A stretch of 64,000 bases of DNA. Origin: Halodesulfurarchaeum sp. GTDB lineage: Archaea > Halobacteriota > Halobacteria > Halobacteriales > Halobacteriaceae. Below, one piece after another: positions 41,926-51,198 of this stretch (position 1 is its first letter; each line of letters begins with the position of its first letter). The notes under the pieces are model-generated. The model searched no databases. It was not told the origin of the DNA and saw only the letters and a program-made list of their open reading frames with translations. The DNA is taken from the NCBI GenBank assembly GCA_034520565.1, contig JAXHNL010000002.1, forward strand, positions 1,344,001-1,408,000. The letters are read 5' to 3'. Position numbers and translations under genes: made by a program.

Positions 41926-43074
41926 CTACTTCTGTCCCGAACGACTACCCTCGTGGGTTCGGAGTATCCGGTCCAGGTACCGTTCGTATCGGTCGTATAG
42001 CTTTTCCCAAGTAAATTCGTCTTCGATTGCTGCCCGGCCGTTGTCGCCGAGATGGCGTCGTTTCGCCTCATTCGAAGCTAAGTGATCTAGCGTTTCGGCC
42101 AGATTTTCCGGCTGTCCCGGATCAATTAGCCGCCCCGTCTCACCATCACTGACGATTTCTGGAATTCCGCCGACCCGTGTCGCAACGACTGCCTTCCCCG
42201 CCGCCTGTGCTTCGAGAACCACTCGTGGCAATCCCTCCGTGTAAGAAGGGAGCACGAACACGTCGAATTGATGGTAAAGGGCAGGGACTTGTTCGTAAGG
42301 GACTGCCCCAAGAAATAACGCCCTCCCAGCGAACTCCTTTTTCAGATTGTCACGTTCGGGGCCGTCCCCGGCGATCACGACAACCGGATCGCTATCTGTC
42401 CTCTCAAGTGCCGAAGCAAGATCTGTGAGCCCTTTATATGGATATAGCCCACCAATATAGCCCAGAACGAATTTATTTTTGACAAATGGTTTTATTTGCC
42501 TTCTATAATACTCATCAAGATTTACGGGGGCACCTTCGGGATGAAATTGATTGGTGTTGACTGCGTTTTTAATATTGAAAATTCGTTCTTTGGGCACGCC
42601 AATTTCTCCGAGATCATTTGCAATCGATTCGGAAACGGCGAAATAGCCATCATGACCGAAACGTAAGCGACGAATGATTGATTCGGTCTCAATTCGATTT
42701 AGAAAATTGGATTTGTTGACACTTTTTGGACTGGACCCTACCTGAATGACGTGGGGGATGTTCAAAAGCCGGGCTACGGTTTTACCAGGTACATACGTCT
42801 TTCGAGTCTTTGATATTATTACATTAGCCTCAATACTCTTTGCGAGGTTTCTCGCCTGTAATACAGTTCGCAAGGGATCGATAGCGACACGAAACTGGGG
42901 TTTCAGGGAATGATGAAACGGGAAGTCGTCGTCAGTTGTATTCCAATCGAGAAGGTGAATATCATGGCCGCGATTACGTAGTCCTTTCACGACGTTGCGT
43001 ACGTGAATTTGCCCTCCTCGCACCATTGAATCAGAAAACGAAATTGATTCTTCGGTGATATAGAGGGCTTTCAT
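41926..43074 (-). CDS. GT4 glycosyltransferase
   Basis: GGQIH, EGLPRVVLEAQAAG, VGGIPE. Confidence 0.93.
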   Translation of the reverse strand: MKALYITEESISFSDSMVRGGQIHVRNVVKGLRNRGHDIHLLDWNTTDDDFPFHHSLKPQFRVAIDPLRTVLQARNLAKSIEANVIISKTRKTYVPGKTVARLLNIPHVIQVGSSPKSVNKSNFLNRIETESIIRRLRFGHDGYFAVSESIANDLGEIGVPKERIFNIKNAVNTNQFHPEGAPVNLDEYYRRQIKPFVKNKFVLGYIGGLYPYKGLTDLASALERTDSDPVVVIAGDGPERDNLKKEFAGRALFLGAVPYEQVPALYHQFDVFVLPSYTEGLPRVVLEAQAAGKAVVATRVGGIPEIVSDGETGRLIDPGQPENLAETLDHLASNEAKRRHLGDNGRAAIEDEFTWEKLYDRYERYLDRILRTHEGSRSGQK

Positions 43075-43437
43075 CCTTTAGCAATTATGGATTATGTAAG
43101 TAAGTAATTCTCGGTTATCCCACGCGAATTTTGCAGGTGAAATTTGACTGGGTGAGGGAAGGGAACTTGAACCGGATTGTGGGCTACATAACAGGACCTC
43201 TACCGATACAAAATATTTGAAGTATTTTACTTTTAAACGACGCATAATATTGCCACTGAACCTGAGTATATCAAGGATAGAGCACCGAATAACTCGGACA
43301 TTGCCCCGTCATATGGGTTAAAACTCCATCCTCACCATTCAGATATTGTGATTCAGATGTGGTCTGCGCGGTCGCAATATCAAACATCTCATCCATGTCT
43401 TTTACCCGTAAAATTAAACGTCGAAAACTAGGCCATA

Positions 43438-45231
43438 TCACTTCTTTGACTGAATTTCGTATAATTCGGCGTATTTTCCCTCTTCACTAAGCAATTCCTC
43501 ATGCGTACCAGACTCAATGATTTCTCCTTGATCAAGTGTATAAATCTGATCGGCGTTCTTCACCGTCGACAATCGGTGTGCAATCGCAATCATGCCGTAA
43601 TCTCTATCCATAGACTCGATTGCATCTTGAACTTCTTGTTCCAAGTTCGAGTCCAGATCGCTGGTCGCCTCGTCTAGGACGAGGAAATCTGCTTCCTTCA
43701 ATAGTGCTCTCGCCAGGGCGACTCGCTGGCGTTGCCCGCCGGAAAGTCGGACACCATCATCCCCAAGTTTTGAATCATAGCCCTTGGGCAATTCGTCGAG
43801 AAACTCATCTACCTTCGCGATTTCACAGACTTCTTTGACCGCCTCTCTGTTTGCGTCTCGATTTCCAATCGTAACATTCGCTTCCAAGGTATCGTTGAAT
43901 ATGTATGGTTGTTGTCTCACTACCGCGATTCGTTCTCGCCATTCGCGAAGATCGTATTTGCTAATTGATACCCCATTACCACTGACATCACCTTTGTCCG
44001 GGGTGTACATTCTTGCCAGGAGAGATACGATAGTCGACTTTCCAGCCCCGGACTGACCCACGAAGGCAATGAAATCACCTCGTTTTGCCTCGAACGAAAT
44101 TCCGCGAAGGACCGTTTCGTCTTCCGTGTAAGAGAAATTTACGTCGTCAAATTTAACCAGATCTAATGTGTCAATCGATTCATATCCATTTGATTCGGCC
44201 CGGTTTGAAAGGTTGTCAAGAAAGTCGTGAGTCCGAACTAAGTGAGAGATATGTCCCTCGAGAGAATATACCCAGTTATTCAAGGTACTCACTCGAGGAG
44301 CCAATTGGAACATTGCTATCAAGAAAATCCCCAATTCCCCAAGTGAAAGGCCAGTATATTCGAATCCCACGTATATCAAGACAAAAATTGTGATCGCTGC
44401 GGCTAATTGGTAGAAATTTGTGATGCCAGCTTGGTTCCTACTCAGATGGATCTCTGAACTCGCATATCGATCGATGGAATCCTGAAACGTCGAAAACACC
44501 TCGTCGGCTAACCCAAAGAGCTTGACGTCCCGAATTCCTTGCGTGCCTGCCTGCACGGACTCTTGTACCTGCTCGTTCGCCTCTGCCACCCGGTTTCCAA
44601 TCGTCACTGCCGGTTCGATAACGAACCGAAGTAGGACAGTAATTCCTCCGAGAAGAACAATTGCCAGGGCAGTCATTTCTGGCGTGATGTACAGCATGAC
44701 TCCCATGTATATGGCAACCAAGAACGCGTATTCCATCGTCCGCACTGCTTTATCGATCACTCGACCAGAATACCGAGTTTCGGTAATGATTGCATTCAGA
44801 ACATCATCCGAACCCTCCTCATCGAAGTAGGCAATTTCAGCATCGAGGGCCTGACTGAAAGCTCGTGTCCGCAGATCTTTTTCGTATTCTTTCGAAAGTA
44901 TCGCTCGCAACCACCCGACTAAAAACGACATCGTATACCGGACCGTCATTACGAATGCAACACCGATAATCAGATATCCCAATGAAAAAGGAAGTCCCAA
45001 TAACTCGTACGTGCTGAGAAAAACCTCCAAAACCGGCCCCCCACCTTCAACTGGTCCCTCGCTTTGTGCAACTTCGATAATCGGATAAATAAATCCTAGA
45101 CCAACACCCTCTAGCACGGCAGCCATAGCCCCAAGTAAAATTAGTCCGACCGTGAAGAGCGGCCGATACTGGGCGACCCGTTTCAGCGCAACCAGCTTTT
45201 CTTTCCAACTCAAGTCTTTATCTTCAACCAT
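43438..45231 (-). CDS. ABC exporter, fused TMD-NBD (MsbA/PglK-like)
   Basis: GQSGAGKST, LSGGQRQR, LVLDEATS, IAHRLST; TM N-terminal domain. Confidence 0.93.
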   Translation of the reverse strand: MVEDKDLSWKEKLVALKRVAQYRPLFTVGLILLGAMAAVLEGVGLGFIYPIIEVAQSEGPVEGGGPVLEVFLSTYELLGLPFSLGYLIIGVAFVMTVRYTMSFLVGWLRAILSKEYEKDLRTRAFSQALDAEIAYFDEEGSDDVLNAIITETRYSGRVIDKAVRTMEYAFLVAIYMGVMLYITPEMTALAIVLLGGITVLLRFVIEPAVTIGNRVAEANEQVQESVQAGTQGIRDVKLFGLADEVFSTFQDSIDRYASSEIHLSRNQAGITNFYQLAAAITIFVLIYVGFEYTGLSLGELGIFLIAMFQLAPRVSTLNNWVYSLEGHISHLVRTHDFLDNLSNRAESNGYESIDTLDLVKFDDVNFSYTEDETVLRGISFEAKRGDFIAFVGQSGAGKSTIVSLLARMYTPDKGDVSGNGVSISKYDLREWRERIAVVRQQPYIFNDTLEANVTIGNRDANREAVKEVCEIAKVDEFLDELPKGYDSKLGDDGVRLSGGQRQRVALARALLKEADFLVLDEATSDLDSNLEQEVQDAIESMDRDYGMIAIAHRLSTVKNADQIYTLDQGEIIESGTHEELLSEEGKYAELYEIQSKK

Positions 45232-45696
45232 TCGATTGGGCGAGGATTTTGGTTCTCCGTGGTTAAAGATAGCGGATTGGTGTAGCGACGAACGTGCTTA
45301 TCTATTAGATTAATGCACAAGCCTGGGGAATGTGGCATTCATTTCGACTCATCTGATCTCAATATCCATTAGTAGTCGCCCTTACCTCGGACAAAGGGAC
45401 TTGCCTGAAACCCTCTAACCAACGATAAACCGAAAGACATGGCGAGGTGGACGTGTCGAAAATCGGGGTGTCCACTTTCCGCCACGTCTTCAAACGACCT
45501 TCCTCGCCACTCCATTAGCTGCATCGTTTTATACTCACCCGCACGCGAGGATCTAAGCTCGTCGGCCTTGAGCGACCCACTCTCACCGAAGTGTGATATG
45601 CACGACTCGCAAATATTCCTATACTGGACTCATTGAAACGTGACTAGCACCTCGTTCCCGAGCTTGTGACGCCCTCGCACACCCATTGCGAGCACA

Positions 45697-45822
45697 CAAA
45701 GCATTTATACCGAGCTTCCGTTCTTTCCTATACCCCTACCCACTCCCATAGCTGACCGGGAGTCCGCCAAACACGGAAACGTGGAGTGCGGAAGCGGAGT
45801 CAGCAAACGAAACACGATACAC
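45697..45822 (+). promoter_or_regulatory. csg promoter (BRE/TATA TTTATA at 45704) and structured 5' leader
   Basis: CAAAGCATTTATAC; nested stems GCTGAC/GTCAGC, TCCGC/GCGGA and CACG-GAAA-CGTG. Confidence 0.65.
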
Positions 45823-48231
45823 ATGACAAGCAAAAACGATAAACTCCGCGGCCTGTTCCTGGCTGCGCTGATGGTACTCAGCATCACTGTTGGGTCCATT
45901 GCGTTTGCAGGGACAGCTGCTGCGGCTGGAGAACCTGTGGTCACCAGTTCCATCGAGTTTGATGGTACTGATATGACCAGCCAATTTAATGGAAGTAATG
46001 GTGATGTAAGTACAATTGAAGTCGCCTTCGACCAGGCAGTCCGAATGGACGATGGGACAAATATTACGAGCGGAGACTTCGAGGTATTCGTCAACGATAC
46101 CAACGTGACCACCGGCTATACACTGATTGGGAATGGTAACACCAGTGGAGTCGAAGGTCAGGTTGTGTTAACCTCAAGCACTGCACTGGCACCAAATGAC
46201 GACCTCGTTCTTAACTTTACTGACAAAATAGAGGACGTCGACGGTAATAACGTCTCGTTTACCAACGAGTCGATTACCGTAACTGGTGCAACGATTTCTG
46301 AAGCTGGAGTTCAGAGCTATACTGAATACGCAGGTACAGATGTTGCATATGTGACGAACAGTACTGGGCTTAACACAGACTTCGAGATCAGCACCGAAGA
46401 TGAACTGATCCTTGACGGTAGCACCGGTGCGGGTAGTCAGGTGTACCTCTTCGATAGTGCGGACCGTGAGACGAGTGTCAAGCACTGGTTCAACAATACC
46501 GCTAACGACATTTCGCTCACCCTCCGTAACCTGAACTTGGACGCCACGCTGGCGGACGACACGGCTGACGGGATTTACGTCGACGCTGACGACAACGCTG
46601 ACGACACAGTCGTCGATGTCTCGGCCGTCCGTGGAAACGAAGACGTAGAAGTGCAAGTCTTGGACAGCGACGGAGATGACTTCGGCGACGCCCAGGCATT
46701 CACCCTGGACGGCAGCGGTGAAGTCGAGGCGAACCTTGGAGACGTCTTCACCCAGGACGACACTGGTACGTACACGCTCGAAGTGATGGACGTGACGACG
46801 GGTGTTACTACAGAAACGGACGAATTCGACGTGGAGGAACTCCCGGACATTGAAGCGGGGTTCGCGCAGACATCCTACACGGACGAGCGCGGTGACATCA
46901 TGAACATCACGGTCGACATCTCGGAGGGTGACTCCGCGACCGTGTTCGTTGGTGACGACGACGCGAACTACCTCTACGAAGTCGACATCACGGACGACGA
47001 TGAAGACGGAGAGGTCGTGCTGAGCTGGAACACGTACAAACACAGTTCAGGAACTGCTACCGCTGCAACGGATAGTTTCTCGGCACCATACGGTGAGGAC
47101 GACAACGAAGTCACTGGTGTCACGGAGCACCAGGGTGTCAGCGACGATAAAGTCCTGGCAGCCATCTCGTACGAGCTGAACGTGACGGCGAACGATGAGG
47201 AGCTTGGCGTCGCACAGGCGACCCTCTCGGAACGTTCGACTGACGCGGTCAACACGTGGATCGCGCCGAACGGCGACGTCACTGAAGTCGCGGATATCAG
47301 CGAGTACGCAACTGACCTCTCCGAGACGTCCCTCGGTGAAGACGTGATCGTGGAGGTCGAGGCCTCTGGCTTCGAAGGCTTCATGGTGGACCACGACTCG
47401 GAGGCCTATGAGTCGTCGGACCTCAACATGTCCAGTGACGGGCTGTACATGAACATCACGGAGACGAACGTTGCGAGCAACGCCGACCCGAAAACAGCAA
47501 ACGTGTCGAACACGACGCTGCTGCTGGACCAGGACAACAACAAGTTCTACGTCCTGATTGATACGAGCGACTCGGACAAGTTCGACTTCTCCGCTGACGA
47601 AGACTACGAAGCGAAACTGACGCTGAACCAGGACTCGCCGTACGTGGAGTCCACGACGACGAGTTCGGTCCAGTCCGAGGAATGGACGACAACCTTCTCG
47701 CTGGTTGAGGAGGACTATACGTTCGACAACCTGAACGACACGGACATGCTGAACGTTGAGGCAACAGAAGACGTGACGGTTTCGGGTGAGACCTCGATCG
47801 CGCCCAAGCAGAACGTCACAGTGCGCGTGCGCTCGCCAGGTAACTACCTGATGAGCGACGAGAAGGTGACTGTGCAGGACGACGGCACCTTCAGCACGAG
47901 CTTCGACTTTAGCGACAAGGCCGACACCGAATTCACGGTTTCACTTCAGAGCGTGGACGGCACGGACGCTGACGGCTACGTGATGGAGGCTGCTCCGGAG
48001 GAGACGACGGAGGAGACCACCGAAGAGACCACCGAGGAAACGACCGAAGAGACAACCGAAGAGACGACTGAGGAGACGACCGAGGAGCCCGTCGAAACTA
48101 CCGAGGAGCCGGTAGAGACGACGGAGGAACCGGTTGAGACGACGGAGACCCAGACGCCCGGCTTCACGATGGGCCTGGGCCTGATCGCGCTGCTCGGTGC
48201 GGCGCTCCTGGCGCTCCGCCGCAAGAACTAA
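45823..48231 (+). CDS. csg: Major cell-surface (S-layer) glycoprotein with PGF-CTERM
   Basis: KLRGLFLAALMVLS signal peptide, acidic composition, many NxT/S sequons, Thr-rich linker, TPGF-TM-RRK archaeosortase signal. Confidence 0.93.
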   Translation: MTSKNDKLRGLFLAALMVLSITVGSIAFAGTAAAAGEPVVTSSIEFDGTDMTSQFNGSNGDVSTIEVAFDQAVRMDDGTNITSGDFEVFVNDTNVTTGYTLIGNGNTSGVEGQVVLTSSTALAPNDDLVLNFTDKIEDVDGNNVSFTNESITVTGATISEAGVQSYTEYAGTDVAYVTNSTGLNTDFEISTEDELILDGSTGAGSQVYLFDSADRETSVKHWFNNTANDISLTLRNLNLDATLADDTADGIYVDADDNADDTVVDVSAVRGNEDVEVQVLDSDGDDFGDAQAFTLDGSGEVEANLGDVFTQDDTGTYTLEVMDVTTGVTTETDEFDVEELPDIEAGFAQTSYTDERGDIMNITVDISEGDSATVFVGDDDANYLYEVDITDDDEDGEVVLSWNTYKHSSGTATAATDSFSAPYGEDDNEVTGVTEHQGVSDDKVLAAISYELNVTANDEELGVAQATLSERSTDAVNTWIAPNGDVTEVADISEYATDLSETSLGEDVIVEVEASGFEGFMVDHDSEAYESSDLNMSSDGLYMNITETNVASNADPKTANVSNTTLLLDQDNNKFYVLIDTSDSDKFDFSADEDYEAKLTLNQDSPYVESTTTSSVQSEEWTTTFSLVEEDYTFDNLNDTDMLNVEATEDVTVSGETSIAPKQNVTVRVRSPGNYLMSDEKVTVQDDGTFSTSFDFSDKADTEFTVSLQSVDGTDADGYVMEAAPEETTEETTEETTEETTEETTEETTEETTEEPVETTEEPVETTEEPVETTETQTPGFTMGLGLIALLGAALLALRRKN
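47998..48150 (+). repeat. Coding tandem repeats (EETT)n then (EEPVETT)3; putative O-glycosylated linker
   Basis: 12-bp and 21-bp period repeats with synonymous variation. Confidence 0.9.
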
Positions 48232-48250
48232 CGACGACTAAGTAGCGAGT

Positions 48251-48315
48251 AACGGGCGCAACCCGTTTTCGATCCCAACCCTGGGATCGATACCCCTACC
48301 CATTTTCATTTTTTC
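48251..48315 (+). terminator. csg 3' hairpins and T-tract terminator
   Basis: AACGGG-CGCAA-CCCGTT, TCGATCCCA-ACCC-TGGGATCGA, then TTTTCATTTTTT. Confidence 0.7.
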
Positions 48316-48427
48316 ACGATCCAAGAGCGACGGCTTCTGCCAGCCGACCTTCTCGACCTATTGTGACTGGACAATCTCGCCATAGTTGCCCAGGTAATGC
48401 CGCGTAAACTTAGGATGGGGAAATTTG

Positions 48428-48542
48428 GTGGGTGGGAATCCAAAAGGGGCCGACCGGTCGCGTGCGCTTCTGCGGGCCCTATTTCGAGCGGAGCGAGAAA
48501 TATCTCGCAGAGCGTGCGCGAGCGGGAGGGGGCTTTCGGAGG
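48428..48542 (-). repeat. Palindromic intergenic repeat, copy 5 (inverted)
   Basis: Plus strand TGGGTGGGAATCCAAAAGGGGCCGACCGGTCG...GAGCGGGAGGGGGCTTTCGGAGG is the reverse complement of the family ends. Confidence 0.8.
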
Positions 48543-48624
48543 ACGAGTCACTCACTAATCCAATCCAAATTATTCCACCACCAAAACCGGAACCATCAAC
48601 TTCCCACCTCACCCCCAAACAACC

Positions 48625-49615
48625 ATGACCGTACTCGTCACCGGCGGCGCCGGCTTCATCGGCTCCAACCTCTCGGAAGCTCTTCTAAAGAGAAACCACG
48701 ACGTCGTAGTCCTCGACAACCTCGACCCCTACTACGACCTCGAGATCAAACACCACAACATCGACCAGTGCCGAAACACGGCCCCAAACAACTACACCTT
48801 CGTCGAGGGCTCAATAACAAACGAATCGTTAGTCAACGAGATCTTCACCAACCACGACATAGACTTTGTCTACCACGAAGCAGCCAGAGCCGGCGTCAGA
48901 ACCTCCGTCAACCAACCCAAATTCTACGAAAAAAACAACGTCCAGGGCCTCTTAACACTCCTCGAAGCCGCAAAAGACAACAACGTCACCCGCTTCGTCA
49001 ACGCCTCTTCGTCATCAGTCTACGGCCGACCGGACTACCTCCCCTACGACGAGGACCACCCGAACTACCCCAAGAGCCCCTACGCAGTCACCAAACTCGC
49101 CGCCGAACACTACTGCAAGGTCTACACCGACGACCTCCACGACCTCCCCACGGTCAGCCTCCGGTACTTCACCGTCTACGGCCCCCGCATGCGCCCCAAC
49201 ATGGCCATCTCGAACTTCGTCTCACGCGCCCTCAACGACGAACCGCCGATCATCTACGGCGACGGCGAACAGACACGCGATTTCACCTACATCGACGACA
49301 TCGTCGACGCGAACCGCTCGCCTCCTGCGATACCGACACCGCAGACGGACGAGCGTACTCAACGTCGGCTCCACGGACACCATCACCATCAACGAACTCG
49401 CAACGTACGTCATCAGCGAAACGAACACCGACCTCGAACCGATCCACGAGGACCCGAAGGACGCAGACGCGAGACACACCCACGCCGACGTCTCGAAGGC
49501 CCGAGACCTACTCGACTACGATCCCCAGACCTCGATCAAAGACGGCGTCTCGCGTTTCATCGACTGGTACGAAGACAACCGGGACTGGTACGAACCGCTC
49601 GTCCTGAACGCGTAA
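48625..49615 (+). pseudogene. NDP-sugar epimerase (GalE-like), frameshifted near 49320-49355
   Basis: TGGAGFIG, SSSSVYG, YAVTK, RYFTVYGP. Removing four single-base insertions restores ...LLDTDTADGEVLNVGS...WYEPLVLNA* (329 codons). Confidence 0.85.
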
Positions 49616-49807
49616 TCGATTCGGTTTGCACAATCGATTCCGCTCGTCAGTCGTTCACACCGACAATCGAAACCCCTGGAAAACAGGCCCCGCTCCGAAT
49701 TCCCGAACGTGACTCGCCTCGGGGTCAAGTGGTTCGAGAATCGAATTCTCCCGTCACGAAGCGAAGCCGAAGGCTTCGCGAGGGCTGCGAACGCGTTGCG
49801 TTCGCCC

Positions 49808-50262
49808 GATCACGAAACTCTCCGATTTTCGAACGACCGCATTGACCGGGCCACAAGACAGCCACTCCGAGGGCGAAACGCGCCCGGAGACGAGTGAAAC
49901 GAATGCGTCTTGAAACCGTGACGGGTCACTGAGACCCGAAATCCCATGGTGGGATTCCACGGCGTCGTCGGGCGACGCCCGACTGCCTGAGACCTTCGGA
50001 CCATCTCTGTTCATGCCGTGGAAGAGGTCAATGCCGGGTTTCAGGTCGTTGAGACGGTCAATGCAGGCATCGAGTTAAACTCCCCAAACCCCAATCAGGC
50101 GTCGGAGTCAGTTGCTTCCTCGAGGAGATCGCACATTCGATCGAAGTGCTGGCTGATTTGCTCTGGCATCGACTCGAACGCGTCATCGCTCACAGGTTTC
50201 CCTCCGTTCACTTCGTGCCATTTTTCAAACCTCTTGATGAAACGTTCGACGTTCTCACGTGA
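49808..50262. repeat. Direct repeat copy A of 53929..54296, including the 3' relic of a small toxin-like gene
   Basis: Long near-identical stretches, e.g. CCGGGCCACAAGACAGCCACTCCGAGGGCGAAACGCG and TTTTTCAAACCTCTTGATGAAACGTTCGACGTTCTC. Copy B lacks about 90 bp. Confidence 0.88.
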
Positions 50263-50269
50263 ATCGCTT

Positions 50270-50656
50270 CTATTTCAATTCTCGCGGGTCAACATGTTCG
50301 ACCTCGCTGATCTCGGGAAACAGGGTATCCGTGGACACGATCGGCTCGCCACGTGCGTACGCGGCGCCGAGGTGAATCGAATCGAACACACCCACTCGGT
50401 CGTATTTCTCTCGGAGCGTTCCCGCCGCCTCGATGTCCTCGCGTGTGAGTGCGACGAGGACAACCCCTTCGTTTTCGATCGACGCGTACCCGGTGGCAAG
50501 ATCCCTTCGGTCCCAGTCGGATTCCATGACGTATTGGATCTCGATTGCGGTCGCGACGGATGTGATCGGTTCGGGTATCGCGTCGATATCGACGTCGGAG
50601 GAAAGCCAATCGTCTTCCTTGAGCCGGGCGAGGATCGTATCGGTGTCGAGGTACAT
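50270..50656 (-). CDS. vapC: VapC PIN-domain toxin
   Basis: MYLDTD, TAIEI, VFDSIHLG, IVSTD. Confidence 0.88.
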   Translation of the reverse strand: MYLDTDTILARLKEDDWLSSDVDIDAIPEPITSVATAIEIQYVMESDWDRRDLATGYASIENEGVVLVALTREDIEAAGTLREKYDRVGVFDSIHLGAAYARGEPIVSTDTLFPEISEVEHVDPRELK

Positions 50657-50890
50657 TCAGGCCTGGCGCTTGCGTTCTAACCGCTCCCGAATATCGCGCT
50701 CGGCGACGGCGTCGGTCACTTCGTGGAGGCGAATGCGATCTCGCTCCTCCCGAACGACGAGCCGAGCACCGTACCGGAGTGCCTCGGATCGCGAGCTAAA
50801 CACGCCCTCCTCGACGAGTTCGTCGAGTTCCTCGACGACCCCCACCGGTAGCGATACCGGGATCGGTTTTCTGGATGAATCGGTACTCAT
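50657..50890 (-). CDS. RHH antitoxin
   Basis: VSLPVGVVEELDELVEEGVFSSRSEALRYG. Confidence 0.85.
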   Translation of the reverse strand: MSTDSSRKPIPVSLPVGVVEELDELVEEGVFSSRSEALRYGARLVVREERDRIRLHEVTDAVAERDIRERLERKRQA

Positions 50891-50958
50891 GCCTCACTGT
50901 TTGTTATACAATGGTATAAATTATCGGGATAACACGAGAGTTTTCTATTGGGGGAGTA

Positions 50959-51095
50959 CGAGCCCCCGCTCACACGGTTCGCGGGGACGCCGCAAAGACT
51001 AACGTCTTTGCGAGATCCCGCTCGCTTCGCTCGCGGGGACGCCGTAAGGACTAACGTCCTTACGAGCCCCCGCTCGCTTCGCTCGCGGGAACGCC
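50959..51095. repeat. 52-bp tandem hairpin repeat (about 2.6 units)
   Basis: Unit GAG..CCCGCTC...GCGGGGACGC plus hairpins CGCAAAGAC-TAAC-GTCTTTGCG and CGTAAGGAC-TAAC-GTCCTTACG. Confidence 0.85.
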
Positions 51096-51192
51096 GTCGC
51101 AGCTAAGTAGGTAAAAGCGACTGACCGGCGTTACCGGTCACTTCGATTCCGTAACCCTGGTATCGATACCCCTGCCAACGTTTCATTTTCAC
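51092..51192 (+). other. Orphan 3' end and terminator of an S-layer-like gene
   Basis: CGC CGT CGC AGC TAA GTAG, a hairpin, then TTCGATTCCGTAACCCTGGTATCGATACCCCTGCC...TTTCATTTT, matching 48218-48315. Confidence 0.6.
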
Positions 51193-51198
51193 CTAATT

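Noticed and set aside
47998-48150. Short tandem repeats as CRISPR or VNTR element
   Set aside because: They are the in-frame Thr/Glu linker of the S-layer protein.
50959-51095. Possible CRISPR mini-array
   Set aside because: The intervening segments are related hairpins rather than unique spacers, and no cas genes are present.
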